The notes beneath the pieces are model-generated. The model was not told the DNA's origin. It saw nothing but the letters and a program-made list of their open reading frames with translations, and made no database searches. Of a DNA stretch of 64,000 bases, positions 13,890 through 27,119 are shown piece by piece. Location of the stretch: assembly GCF_006345805.1 (NCBI RefSeq), contig NC_042997.1, forward strand, positions 32,922,001 to 32,986,000, written 5' to 3'. Source of the stretch: Octopus sinensis. Lineage: Eukaryota. The translations under genes were made by a program, and so were the position numbers. The stretch's first letter is position 1, and each line of letters begins with the position of its first letter.

Positions 13890-14266
13890 TTTTACTTGTT
13901 TCAGTCATTTGACTGTGGCCATGCTGGAGCACCGCCTTTAATCGAGCAAATCGACCCCGGGACTTATTCTTTTGTAAGCCCAGTACTTATTCTATCGGTC
14001 CTCTTTGCCGAACCGCTAAGTGACGGGGGACATAAACACACCAGCATCAATTGTCAAGCAATGCTAGGGGGACAAACACAGACACACAAACATACACACA
14101 CACATATATTTATAGATAGTTTCCGTCTACCAAATCCACTCACAAGGCTTTGATCGGCCCGAGGCTATAGTAGAAGACACTTGCCCAAGGTGCCATGCAG
14201 TGGGACTGAACCCGAAACCATGTGGTTGGTAAACAAGCTACTTACCACACAGCCACTCCTACGCCT
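13890..14266 (-). mobile_element. SINE-A
   Basis: Reverse-complement copy with a small internal deletion. Confidence 0.9.
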
Positions 14267-14714
14267 TATGACTTATTTCCAAATAAAATAGATAATTCAA
14301 TAGCTAATGTGTTTTATAAAGAAATGAAAATTTCCAGGTTCAAACATTAAATCATTGCCACCAGTGGATTCACCAAATACAAAACTAAAGACAGGTATAA
14401 TATTAAATTATTGAAACTTTTAGTTTGAACAAATTTGGTACAGGCATAGCTATGCCTTTGAGAAGTTAGCTTCCCAACTGCATGATTCTCAGTTGAATCC
14501 TACTGTGGGGTATCTAGGTTAAGTGTCATCTACTATAAGCCCTGGGCCAATCAAAGCCTTGTCATAGGTGCAGATGTGGCTATTTGGCTGAAAAATTTGC
14601 TTCTCAACCACATGGTTTTGGGTTCAACCCCACTACACAGCACCTTAGACATGTGCCTTCTATTATAGCCCTGGGTCAACCAAAACCTTGTGAATGGAAG
14701 CCTGTTATACTCTT

Positions 14715-15127
14715 TTACTCTTTTACTCTTTTACTTGTTTCAGTCATTTGACTGCGGCCATGCTGGAGCACTGCCTTTAATCGAGCAACTCGACACCGGG
14801 ACTTATTCTTTTGTAAGCCCAGTACTTATTCTATCGGTCCTCTTTGCCGAACCGCTAAGTGATGGGGACATAAACACACCAGCATCAATTGTCAAGCAAT
14901 GCTAGGGGGACAAACACAGACACACAAACACACACACACACACATATATATATACATATATACGACGGGTTTCTTTCAGTTTCCATCTACCAAATCCACT
15001 CACAAGGCATTGGTCGGCCCGGGGCTATAGCTGAAGACACTTGCCCAAGATGCCATGCAGTGGGACTGAACCCAGAACCATGTGGTTGGTTAGCAAGCTA
15101 CTTACCACACAGCCACTCCTGTGCCTA
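14715..15127 (-). mobile_element. SINE-A, full length
   Basis: Reverse-complement copy of 93-503. Confidence 0.92.
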
Positions 15128-15240
15128 TGTATGTATATATATATTTTAATTTTTGTTTTTATGTTCAGCTACAATAAAAAGAATTTTATATTAATCTGAT
15201 GGGTTATTCTACATTTTTGTAGAGTACAAAGAATAATAAA

Positions 15241-15242
15241 TG

Positions 15243-15274
<32 letters not shown>

Positions 15275-15480
15275 TGTATGTATGTATGTATGTATGTATG
15301 TATGTATGTATCTGTTTGTATGTGTGTGTATGTGTGTATGTATGTATATGTATGTATGTATATATGTATGTATGTGTATATGTATGTATGTGTGTGTATG
15401 AATGTGTGTGTGTATGTGTATATGCATGCATGTATGTATGTATGTATGTATGTATGTATGTATATGAGTGTGGGTGTGTG
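15241..15480. repeat. (TATG)n/(TG)n microsatellite
   Basis: Seen directly. Confidence 0.95.
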
Positions 15481-15693
15481 AATGTTTGTCTCTTTGTCAT
15501 GACATATAAATGAGTGTCACTGTCATATAAACAGTATCATTCCTCTTATCTTATAACTTACAAAATCGAAGTGGTAAGTTGGGCTATCATTTGGTAAAAT
15601 GAGAAGGGTGTGAGGGCGATAGTGTGAGAGGAAACATAGTGGCATAGAGAGTGTGACCAATATCAGAGAAGGGGAGGACAGAGTTGTGTAAGC

Positions 15694-16317
15694 CAGTGTT
15701 TATCAAACTATCTGATATGGCATACCAGCATTTTTTATTTATTTTCCAATGTGCTAGGGACCAGTAATATTTCTTAGTAATATTAATTTATACCGAAAAC
15801 AATATACATAATGTGAAGGCTTGCTGCCAACTTAATGTGGCAGTCCCAGGAAAGGGAAGAATGCTACGGCTATTTAGTTCCAAGAAACACTGTTTCTAGT
15901 TGGATATGTGACACAAGCATTCTGTGTCCTTAAGTTTTCAAACAGGGGAGATAAGCTCCTCCACCCAACAAAGCCTGCAATCAGAGACTAGTTTTAGGGT
16001 AATTGCCCTTCATCAGTGTGGAGTAGCTTGGCCTTGCTAGATGTCGCTGCTAAACTGCTGTTGAAAGCTTATTGAAATTCAAGTGAAATAAATTCACTGA
16101 TCTACAAAAATAGAAATATTGCATTTCTAAATCTCTCTCAGAGAGAGTTATGCAGTAACAGCATGACAAAGTGATGGCTTGTTTCCAACTTATATTAGAT
16201 AAGCATTATATAAGCATTCTATGATGTTTCTTTCTTTTCTGGAAACTTGTCATGTACCAGCAGCTAATGGCTTGCGGACCAGCACCAGTCCATGGACCAC
16301 CACTTTGAGCTGCACTG
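15694..16317. mobile_element. Non-autonomous hAT (Charlie/Buster-like) element with nested insert
   Basis: Ends CAGTG...CACTG; 8-bp TSD GTGTAAGC at 15686-15693 and 16318-16325. Confidence 0.82.
15981..16020 (-). ncRNA. Decayed minimal hammerhead-like motif
   Basis: Minus strand: CACA-CTGATGA-AGGG-CAATTA-CCCT-AAAAC-TA-GTC-TCTG; palindromic ACTAGT and GUC triplet; GAAA mutated to AAAA. Confidence 0.5.
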
Positions 16318-16456
16318 GTGTAAGCGACAAATATGGAGTAGCAGTAGAATAGGAACATTAATACAGTTGTCATACGGAGATACATATGCACGTGCTTTGA
16401 ATCTCTTTCTCTCTTACTTGTGTCTCTTTCTCTCTGTCTCTCACTCTATGTTTGTT

Positions 16457-16489
<33 letters not shown>

Positions 16490-17691
16490 CTCTCTCTGAA
16501 ACACACACACATACACACACTCACAAATCTACAGACAAGTATTTGACAACATTTAAACTGAAACTATCCAGAAATAACCAAAGTATTCCTGAGTGTAATG
16601 AAGTGGCTATTATTATGGTCGGAGAACATCATGGTAAATGAGATATTGTTTTGAAATATTGTGACAATAGCATCATGTTCATAAATAAAACTAATCGTTC
16701 ATATGATGCTTTACAATATCCCTAGCTTTTTCCTAACGGAGAAGATTGATACCACTTTGGTATACCACAAGTTGGAGGAATCACTTCCAAAAGAACTGTA
16801 TCCTGGATGGATTATTATGTTCCTCGATTGATGATTTGAAGTAATTCGTTTAACCATCTTCACTATTGCCAAGATCTTTTTCACCAGTATGTTGTTGATG
16901 TGTATGCCAAAATAGAGTCAGAGAGGTTGTGCTTCATAAAAACGCACCAAAAAGTACTATGTTCAGAATTGTATGTGCATTTACGAGATGGCATTAACAA
17001 TGATATTGCTGGGACACGGCTTGGACAACTTTGTATTCTCCCATCCAGTTTTACAGGAAGCCCAAAATATATGAATAAGAGGGCACAGGATGCCACGACT
17101 TACGTGCATAATTATGGACATCATGATCTTTTCATCACTTTTACTTGCAATCCAAAATGAAATGAAATCCAAACTGAACTTTTTCGAGGACAGTTATACA
17201 TCAACAGACATAACCTAATTGCAAAAGTTTTTCATCTCGAGGTTTTGAAATTGATGGACTTCATAACAAAGTCTTGCATATTTCAATCAGTACATTGCTA
17301 CGTGTATACCACTGAATGGCAGAAAATGGCTTTTGCAGAAAATTCAAACTGATGAGATTGATTCCATAATCTCATCAGAAATTCCAAACCCCACGAAAGA
17401 TAAAGAACTTTATGAAATTGTAAAATCAAACATGGTTCATGGCCCGTGTGGTGACCTCAACCTAACTGACTTTGCACGAAAGACAAGAAGTGTACGAAAC
17501 ATTATCCTAAAAATTTCATTAAAGAAACGCAAACTGATAATGATAGATATCCATCATACAGAAGAAGGGACCACAAGATGGAGGTTTTGAAGCAAAAATT
17601 GGTCGCCATACAACTGGTAATCAATAGATAGTGCCTTACTGCTCTCTTTCGTCTAAGATATTCAATGCTTACATAAATGTTGAATATCATA

Positions 17692-18091
17692 GGCGTAGGA
17701 GTGGCTGTGTGGTAAGTAACTTGCTTACCAACTACATGGTTCCGGGTTCAGTCCCATTGCGTGACATCTTGGGCAAGTGTCTTCTGCTATAGCCCCGGGC
17801 CGACCAATGCCTTGTGAGTGGATTTGGTAGACGGAAACTGAAAGAAGCCCGTCGTATATATTTATATATATGTGTGTGTGTATACATTTGTGTGCCTGTG
17901 TTTGTTCCCCCAACATCGTTTGACAACCGATGCTGGTGTGTTTACGTCCCCGTCACTTAGCGGTTCGGCAAAAGAGACCGAAAGAATAAGTACTGGGCTT
18001 ACAAAGAATAAGTCCTGGGGTCAATTTGCTCGACTAAAAGTGGTGCTCCAGCATGGCCGCAGTCAAATTACTGAAACAAGTAAAAAAAAAA
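17692..18091 (+). mobile_element. SINE-A inserted in Helitron Rep
   Basis: Full copy; short ATCATA duplication; removing it joins NVEY to HNSIKSIKY. Confidence 0.92.
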
Positions 18092-18382
18092 ATCATAATT
18101 CTATAAAGTCAATTAAGTACATTTGTAAATATGTTAATAAGGGTTCTGATGCTGCAATGTTCATCCTTCAACAACAGACATTTCAAGATGAAGTGACACA
18201 CGTCCAAATTGGGTGCTATATTTGCAGCAGTGGGGCTTTTTGAAGAATATTTGGCTTTACTATTAATGAACGATATCCTTCAGTGAAACAACTCTCTATT
18301 CATTTAGAGAATGGGCAAAGAATATATTTCACTACAGAAATTGTTGCTCAGCAATCCCTAGCTCCAAGAGAAACTACTTTAA

Positions 18383-18602
18383 CCCTTTCATTACTGTATT
18401 TATTTTGAGATGCTTTGTGCTTCTTTCAATTATTTTAAATATAACAAAGAATTTAGTAAAATAACTTAGTTATAATTAAGTTAATGTTAGGAACATAAAT
18501 TGTGACTAAGGTTTGGTGGTAGGTTTTAATTCAAACCTTATGAAAACAAGACATTTGTACCCAGAACCAGAGGCGGTTTCAGCCGGGTTGGTAACAAAAG
18601 GG
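18383..18602. mobile_element. piggyBac-like MITE nested in Helitron
   Basis: CCCTTT...AAAGGG termini; TTAA TSD at 18379-18382 and 18603-18606; removing it restores the TTLTAFF frame. Confidence 0.85.
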
Positions 18603-19039
18603 TTAACAGCATTTTTCAAACTTTGCCAGAAAGGCTCTTTCGTTAAAACCCTGTTGTACTATCAATTACTGTCATATTATACATGGAACAACAAATAATG
18701 GAATTGCAGAAGAGGCACTGAAGTTGACAGTTATTCTGATATCTGATTTGACAAAGTTCTGGGGAAGAGTTTATACTGTGCATCCAACTCAGTAGGAATG
18801 TTTTTACTTACGTTTGCTTACTGTATTTCAGGAAATATACAGACTTACAAATCTATAGATCCAGTTCCAGATTCTGCAGAGGTTGTCAATTATCCTGTTG
18901 AATTCTTAAATTCTTTGGAACCTTCTGGGTTTCCACCACACCGATTTCTCTTAAAGGTAGGAACCATCATCATGCTACTACAGAAACTTGCTCAGCCTTG
19001 GTTGTGTAATGGCACTAGACTGGAAGTTAAAAAATTAAT

Positions 19040-19385
19040 TTTTTTAAAAAATTTTATTTTATCTAGTTTCAGCTCACGAGCTGTGGCCATGCAGGGGCAC
19101 CGCCATTTGGTGTTGCTACATGATTTTACTTCCCGAATGCTTTTTAGCAATTGCCATTTGGTGCATGAGAGAGTTCGATGCAGCTGCCCTCATCTGCACC
19201 TCCTGCCGTGAAGTTGGTTCGTCTGGGACACCCGACAGGAAGAGATCCAGTTTTATTTTAAAGACATCTGCATCCACCCCATGCAGGTCTCTCAGGTTCT
19301 TCGGGAGGATATTGAAGAGCTGTGGGCCTCTGAAGCCCAGGCTATCCCAGTATCTTGTCCTACATCTTGATGGCAAATTTGGAAT
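19040..19385 (-). mobile_element. 5'-truncated CR1-group LINE nested in Helitron helicase
   Basis: [34 protein letters not shown]-terminus, short 3' UTR stem-loop and (TAAAA)n tail. Confidence 0.82.
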
Positions 19386-19864
19386 AATACCTCATATTAT
19401 TCAGGCTACTATTTTGACTGGGTGTTTTATGGGAGAAGAGGCACATATACCAAAAATACCTTTGATTCCATCTGACACAGAAATACATTTTGTATTCAAA
19501 AGGCTACAATTTCCAGTGAAACTCAGCTTTGCTATGTCTATAAATAAATCGCAGGAACAAACGTTATCTGTTGCTGTGCTACAACTCAAAGAAAATTGTT
19601 TTTCTTATGGGAAACTGTATGCAGCCTGTACAATTAGTTGGAAGTCCACGCAATCTTTTTACATTTGCTCCTTCTGGAAATACATGTAACATTGTTTATA
19701 AGAAAGTTCTAGATTTAGAATAAATAATAAATAAGATGAAAAAATAACACAATTAAGAGGTGAAAGGACATTGGCCAAAAATAGGGATCTTAAAAATGAA
19801 ATGCAAAAATGTATTTAGCTTGGCAAAACAGTGGCTCCCAAGTAACACCAGGTAACCCTGATAT

Positions 19865-20016
<152 letters not shown>

Positions 20017-20219
20017 ACATGTATGTGTGTATGTCTTCACTTCCTATGTTTTAAATACCAAATATTGCAATTCTGCAAATAAAAAGTTTTTCAAAATTGC
20101 AATTGCTTATCCCTTTTTTGCCCTTCTTAATTTTAAAGTTATGTATAGTAACTATTTTGATGTTCTGGATTTCTTTTTAGAAGTATATGTTTCAAACATA
20201 GGAGATTGTGATTCCACAC

Positions 20220-20415
20220 CAAAATTAGGGCTAGTTTTGGGGGTTGGGTTTAGGATTTAAAATTAGGGTTAGTATTGTGGTTTAGATTTTGGGGATAAAA
20301 TTAGGATTAGGATCTTGAGTTCAGTTTTACGGTAAGAGCTAAGTGTTAGCATTTAATGTTAGGGTTTCGTGTTAGTACTTAGGATTACAATTTTGGGCCA
20401 GAGTAAGGATTAGTT
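20220..20415 (+). repeat. Degenerate TTAGGG-like tract in the Helitron 3' region
   Basis: Repeated TTAGGG/TTAGGA/TTTGGG hexamers. Confidence 0.6.
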
Positions 20416-20639
20416 TTACAGAATTGAACTTGCATATGTTTGGAATATGGATATCAAACTATATTCTTAAAAGAAGAAAAATGAAAAGGTCTACAAAGTG
20501 TTCTTAGTCCAAAATATCATTGAGTGTTGTTTTTTCTTTGAAAATATTTACTATGAGTTTGATAAAGAGCTTTGCAATGTTACTGTTATTCTCTGAGTCA
20601 TTTACTCGGGCAATGCCGGGTATTTCAGCTAGTATACAA

Positions 20640-20765
20640 TATTCTGTGAAAACATGACTGATCATGGTGAAACATTACCTTGCTTGGAAACAGGTGAGGG
20701 TTGGCAACAGGAAGGGCATCTAGCTGTAGAAAATCTGCCTCAATAAACTCTGTCAATTCCAATGG

Positions 20766-20810
<45 letters not shown>

Positions 20811-20862
20811 CGACAATGGTGATGACAATGATGAGGACGATGATGATAATGATGATGATGAT
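20640..20862 (+). mobile_element. RTE-tail-related short repeat with long (GAT)n tail
   Basis: GGTTGGCAACAGGAAGGGCATCTAGCTGTAGAAAA; relatives at 12527-12760 (-) and 59590-59760 (+). Confidence 0.65.
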
Positions 20863-21109
20863 GGGAAGAGGAGGAAGAGGGGGGAAGTGGAGGAGGAGGT
20901 GGAAGATAAAGACAAAGTAAAGACAGCAGTTGCACGAACAAAATTTGCAGTTTGTAAATATCAAAAATAAACTTTTTCTGAATAAATATAACATCTTGAC
21001 AATCTTACCTGTCAATTAAATGTCCAATGTTTTTCATGCTAGTTTGAAGTTGAAATGATCTGCTTAACATTCTGTTTCTATGCACCTCTCTCTGTGATGT
21101 AACTGTTTT

Positions 21110-21655
21110 GTTTGTTCCTTCTTGAGCCATGCCTGGCTCATAAGGGCCGGTTTCCCAGGTTCCTTGGCATATAGGTTCCTCACCTGGATGGGACACAGGT
21201 TCGTCGCAGGTGAGCTGCAAGAGGTAGGAGGAAAGAGTGGTGAAAGAGTCAGCAGAAGTTCACCATTACCTTCTGCCAGAGCTGCTTGGAGCTTAGGTGT
21301 TTCGCTCATAAGCACACACACTGCCTGGTCTGAGATTCGAACCTGCGATCCCTCAACCACGAGTCCACTGCTCTAACCACTAGCCCATGTGCCTCCACAA
21401 ATAAATGTTCCTTCTCAAGCCATGCCAAGCTCATAAGGGTCAGTTTCTCAGTTTCAGTAGCATAGAAATTCCCTACCTGGACAGGACGCCGGTTCGTTGC
21501 AGGATTACTTATTTTTGCCAGCTGAGTGGACTGGAGCAACATGAAATGAAGTGTTTTGCTCAAGAGCACAATGTATTGCCCGGTCCAGGAATTGAAACCA
21601 CAATCTTTCAATCATGAGTTCAACACCCTAACCACTAAGCCATGTGCCTCCACCT
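21110..21655 (-). mobile_element. Two adjacent tRNA-headed SINEs related to SINE-C heads
   Basis: Two CTAACCACTA..CCATGTGCCTCCAC heads (about 21398 and 21653), each with a shared GAGCCATGCC..GCTCATAAGGG tail. Confidence 0.75.
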
Positions 21656-21989
21656 GTGATCTAACTACTCTATCCTAAATTTTCTAATTTTTCAGTACTA
21701 AATCTTCACTCACATCCATTCTAATCTCATTCATTTCATATCTACCTTCTTGTACATACTAGTTGCTGCCTCTATTTTAAACACTAAATGCTTCTCATAT
21801 TTATTACCACATAATGCATGACATAATTAATTCTATTATCAAGAGGATAGTATTAACTATGAATTTAAGATTAATATTTTCTTTATAAGATTAATTTCAG
21901 TTTAGTACTAAATTCTTAGATTTAAGGTAAAACTTATTCTAAACAGTCTGTTATATATTTTTCTATAGTGATTCTTATGATAACAGTGT

Positions 21990-22357
21990 GTGGAAGCAAT
22001 CCGTCGGTTACGACGACGAGGGTTCCGGTTGATCCGATCAACAGAACAGCCTGCTCACGAAATTAACGTGTAAGTGGCTGAGCACTCTACAGACACGTTC
22101 GGGGATATTCAGCGTGACACAGAGAGTGACAAGGTCGGCCCTTTGAAATACAGGTACAACAGAAACAGGAAGTAAGAGTGAGAGAAAGTTGTGGCGAAAG
22201 AGTACAGCAGAGATCACCACCATCCCCTGCCGAAGCCTCGTGGAGCTTTAGGTGTTTTCGCTCAATAAACACTCACAATGCCCGGTCTGGGAATCGAAAC
22301 TGCAATCCTATGACCGCGAGTCCACTGCCCTAACCACTGGGCCATTGCGCCTCCACT
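21990..22357 (-). mobile_element. SINE family C flanked by a 187-bp direct repeat
   Basis: Reverse complement of 38663-39046; flanks 21803-21989 and 22359-22545 are nearly identical. Confidence 0.92.
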
Positions 22358-23063
22358 AATTACCACATAATGCATGACATAATTAATTCTGTTATCAAGA
22401 GGATAGTATTAACTATGAATTTAAGATTAATATTTTCCTTATAAGATTAATTTCAGTTTAGTACTAAATTCTTAGATTTAAGGTAAAATTTATTCTAAAC
22501 AGTCTGTTATATATTTTTCTATAGTGATTCTTATGATAACAGTGTAGCTGTTACATGAATATAGTCTTACTGTCATAGGGCATTTAATATATATTTTATA
22601 ACAGCAAAGAGCTATATTAGCCGTATTATGATGGCAATGAAGCAAATTATCATCACTTGTACTTTTAAAAAGTTTCTTACCCATTACAATCACATCATCG
22701 AAGTCTTTTCAACAAATTTACATCAATATTAGAAGCCAAAATAATAACATTGGTGTAAATAAGGTGTAATAAGAGTAAGAAAGAGAGAGAGAAAGAAAAT
22801 GAGATGAAGGGAGAGTACGAAAAACAATTCTTGTCAAGAGGGTCAAGGGAGAGAACTTCAGAAATGAAAATTGATCAGAAATTAAATTTAGATAGGCACA
22901 GGTAGTTAGTAGGCTTGCTTCAAAAATGTATGGCTCATATTCAGTCCACATTGCCTGGCACCTTTGGCAAGTGTCTTCAATAGCTTTGATCAATGTCTTG
23001 TAAGGAAATGAATGAAATCCAGTGAATGAAAACTGAATCAAGTCTGCTATATATCCTCCCCCA

Positions 23064-23460
23064 GGCGGCGAGCTGGCAGAAACGTTAGCACGCCGGGCGA
23101 AATGCGTAGCCGTATTTCGTCTGCCGTTACGACTCTGCCTTTCATCCTTTCGGGGTCGATAAATAAAGTGCCAGTTACACACTGTGGTCGATATAATCGA
23201 CTTAATCCGTTTGTCTGCCCTTGTTTGTCCTCTCTGTGTTTAGCCCCTTGTGGGTAGTAAGAAATAGGTATTTCGTCTGCTGCTACGTTCTGAGTTCAAA
23301 TTCCGCTGAGGTTGACTTTGCCTTTCATCCTTTCGGGGGGGGGGGTCGGTCAAATAAGTACCAGTTACGCACTGGGAGTCGATGTAATCGACTTAATCCG
23401 TTTGTCTGTCCTTGTTTGTCCCTCTCTGTGTTTAGCCCCTTGTGGGTAGTAAAGAAATAT
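23064..23460 (+). mobile_element. Tandem/partial SINE-B dimer
   Basis: Two consecutive SINE-B bodies. Confidence 0.88.
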
Positions 23461-23487
23461 ATATATCCTCCTCCTCCTCCTCCTCCT

Positions 23488-23845
23488 CATCATCATCATC
23501 ATCATCATCATAATCATCATTTAATGTCTGTTTTTCATGGTAGCATGGGTAAGCTGGTTTGAATGGGGCTGGTAAGCTAGAGAGCTGCACCAGTCTCCAG
23601 TCTATTTTGGCTTGATTTCTACTGCTGGATATCCTTCAAACACCAGTGACCCCACAGAATGTACTAGGTGCCTTTTACATGTCGCCAGCATGAGTGCCGT
23701 GTCAGTGTCACTGACCACAACTATGATTTCACTTAGCTTGACATGTTTACTCAAGCGCAGTGAATAGCCAAAGGTCTCAGTCACTTGTCATCACCTAAGT
23801 GAGACTCAACATTCAAAGAATATACTTCACCACCTCATCCCATAC
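23488..23845 (-). mobile_element. Old RTE 3' fragment
   Basis: (CAT)n tail and homology to 46905-47580. Confidence 0.65.
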
Positions 23846-23860
23846 ATACATGTGTGTGCG

Positions 23861-23894
<34 letters not shown>

Positions 23895-23898
<4 letters not shown>

Positions 23899-24165
23899 AC
23901 AAAGAGGAAAATGGAAATTTTTTGTGACTATTTATTTTCTGTTACATGTGTTTCATTTGATAATAGGAATTACAAAGATTTATATAGACATGTAAAGAAT
24001 TTTCTATTAGAAAATCATCAGGTGTAGGAGTGGCTGTGTGGTAAGTAGCTTGCGTACCAACCACATTGTTCCAGGTTCAGTCCCACTGCATGGCACTTTG
24101 GGCAAGTATCTTCTACAATAGCCTTGTGAGTGGATTTAGCAGACGGAAACTGAAAGAAGCCTGTC

Positions 24166-24210
<45 letters not shown>

Positions 24211-24660
24211 CATGTGTTTGTGTGTCTGTGTTTGTCCCCCAACATTGCTTGACAACCGATACTGGTGTGTTTATGTCCCCATAACTTAGCGGTTCGGCAA
24301 AAGAGACTGATAGAATAAGTACTGGGCTTACAAAGAATAAGTCGTGGGGTCGATTTGCTTGACTAAAGGCGGTGCTCCAGCATGGCCTTAGTCAAATGAC
24401 TGAAACAAGTAAAAGAGTAAGATACTTTTATATTTTTAATATTTTATATTTTTAATATTTTTATAATACTTTTATAATTTTAATACTTTTACAATTTTAT
24501 AATTTTTTTAACAAAAATTTTCTCTGGCTGATGATTTTGTTATAGGAAATTCCTTACATGTCTGTATAACATGTAAAACTTTGTAATCTCTATTAACAAA
24601 TGAAACATATGTAATGGAGGATAAATAATACCAAAAAGATTTCCATTTTCTTGTTTAGTT
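23895..24660. mobile_element. Foldback/MITE-like element with ~125-bp imperfect inverted arms, interrupted by SINE-A (24020-24420, +)
   Basis: 23895-24020 is the imperfect reverse complement of 24528-24660 (GAAAATGGAAAT/ATTTCCATTTTC, AGACATGTAA/TTACATGTCT, AAAATCATCA/TGATGATTTT). Confidence 0.7.
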
Positions 24661-25007
24661 ATTCAACAATTCTGCAAATAATATTTCCATAATTCTCAAT
24701 TTTAGTGCATGTTTTGATTGACAGACAACACCAACTATAGGTACATTGATTGTGGTAATGGAATAAGCAGATGTGCTTCACAAGGAAACAGCTGGAATTT
24801 ACCATAACTACCCCCCCCCCCACACACATACACGTTTGTGTATAACAAATAAACATTTGAAATATTGGTTATGGTGGTTGGGTGGTATAAATAGTAAAGC
24901 GCTACTGTAAGTATCTTATATTTGCTTTTTATTTGTCTATATTCTGAGTTCATATCTTAGTGGTAGTGGTGGTAACTGTACTTTTAATTCCTATAAAGGT
25001 CATACTC

Positions 25008-25330
25008 TCTCTTTTACTCTTTTACTTGTTTCAGTCATTTGACTGCGGCCATGCTGGAGCACCGCCTTTAATCGAGCAACTCGACCCCGGGGCTTATTCT
25101 TTTCGATCTCTTTTTGCCGAACCACTAAGTAACGGGGACATAAACACACCAGCATCGGTTGTCAAGCAATGCTAGGGGGACAAACACAGACACACAAACA
25201 CACACACATATATATATATACATATATACGACGGGCTTCTTTTCAGTTTCCGTCTACCAAATCCACTCACAAGGCTTTGGTCGGCCCGAGGCTATAGCAG
25301 AAGACACTTACCACACAGCCACTCCTGCGT
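25008..25330 (-). mobile_element. SINE-A with internal deletions
   Basis: Homology to the other copies. Confidence 0.88.
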
Positions 25331-25669
25331 CATATATAATTAGTACCAGTAATATACTTGTGATGATTTAATTAATTATACCACTGCCTTATAAACTTGT
25401 GGCCTAATGAATATATTTATAAATCTATGCTTGAAATATTGTTCATCTGTGTATCACAGAGTTCCTGGTGAATAGACTCCACAGCAAAACTGATCCCCAT
25501 TTGGAATAATTTCATTTCATTCAGTTACACCTTTAATGTATTTGAGAAATTCATAAATGCTAGTGTAACACTACATTAAAAAAAATAAGGTTTTGGGGGT
25601 TCAAACCTAGTCAAAAGATAATTTCTCTTTTTTTATTACTTTTTTCCCCTTCATTTTATCACTGTTAAA

Positions 25670-25825
25670 AACCACCACCACCACCACCACCACCAACACC
25701 ACCACCACCAACACCACCACCACCACACCACCACCAACAACAACACCACCACCACCAACAACAACAACACCACCACTACCACCAACAACACCACCACCAC
25801 CAACACCACCACCACCACCATCATC
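25670..25825. repeat. (CAC/CAA)n trinucleotide array
   Basis: Seen directly. Confidence 0.95.
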
Positions 25826-27119
25826 TATTCTACCGCCATTGTTGGCAGCATGTTATCATCATTGTTCATATGAATAGCATCCTCACCCATTAACACCATT
25901 ACTATCATCATTTGCAGTAGCAACAACAGCAACAGTTTGAGTCAGTGCATCCTTACTCTTTTTTCAGTGTCCCATTTTTAGATGATATTTCTGCAGTATC
26001 AAGTTTCACCTTCAGTTGTCTCTGCCTTCCAGCAATTCTTTCAGAACCCTATTTTCTCTTGTTTTTTTGGTTGGGGTGTAGTTTAGTATTTAGTCAGTTT
26101 CAAATTATATATCTCCTTTCTCTGTCCTAACAAACTATTAAACTGTCACATGTGATAGCTACATCAAAAAAATGACTAGAGAAAACTGTTCAGGGATGCC
26201 TGCTGCATGAAACCGTAATAGTATAGTAGGCACTAAGATTCTTGACAAGAAATTTTAATTAAAACCTCTTGGTTCATTAATAACCAAGTTAGTAGTGCTT
26301 CTTAATTAAATTAAAGTTTCTTGATTCATTATACAAAATTTGCTAACATTCTTTTAAATCATTTCTGTCACATTACTAAAATACTTCAATCAACTTTCAT
26401 TCCCTTTCTCTCTCCCTTTATTTCTCTCTTTTATTTGCCCTCTACTACCCTTCTCTGTTCCCCTCCAATTACCCTGTTTATTTTTCTCCCAGTTTTTGTC
26501 TCTTCTACATTTTACCCTATTGCTAGCTCTAATGTGTTATTGAAAACATGGTCTTTAGGACATTAGATTTTTTTTAAAAATCATTCCAAGTTTTAAAGAA
26601 ATTGAACATCATAGGAGATAAAAAAACATAGTTTATTTTCTAATCATGTTTTATTAAATCCTCACAAATGGGAGATAGCAATAGTCTTTACTAACCAACT
26701 CCTTAGAGTAGTGGTTCTTAATCTTTTTGCCTTTGTGGGTTACTGGAAACTACAAAATTATTTTGGATGTAAAGTTTAAAAAAACAAATTGTGTCAAAGT
26801 TGAAAATTTAGAAAAAATCATCATCATTATCGTTTAACATCCGCTTTCCATGGGTTGGATGATTTTGACTGAGGGCTGGTGAACCAGATGGCTGCACCAG
26901 GCTCCAATCTTGATTTGGCAGAGTTTCTACAGCTGGATGCCCTTCGTAATGCCAACCACTCCGAGAGTGGTTATATAGAAGACTATTGTTTACCTATTTT
27001 CTTTGATGATATTTGATGTAATAAAATTATGAATAACATGTTTTTCAAGAAACAGGAGCACTGTTATGGATTTTATAAAGCCTTAAAAATATCTTTCAAA
27101 ATCTGCAGTGCATCTAGAT

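Noticed and set aside
20701-20970. Acidic poly-Asp ORF
   Set aside because: (GAT)n retroelement tail
21005-21062. Possible minus-strand micro-exon with GTAAG donor (similar donors near 13836 and 22680)
   Set aside because: Weak acceptors, no recognisable peptide, and no consistent gene model could be built
26708-26745. TAGTGGTTCTTAATCT resembling the Buster TIR
   Set aside because: No matching right end or TSD identified
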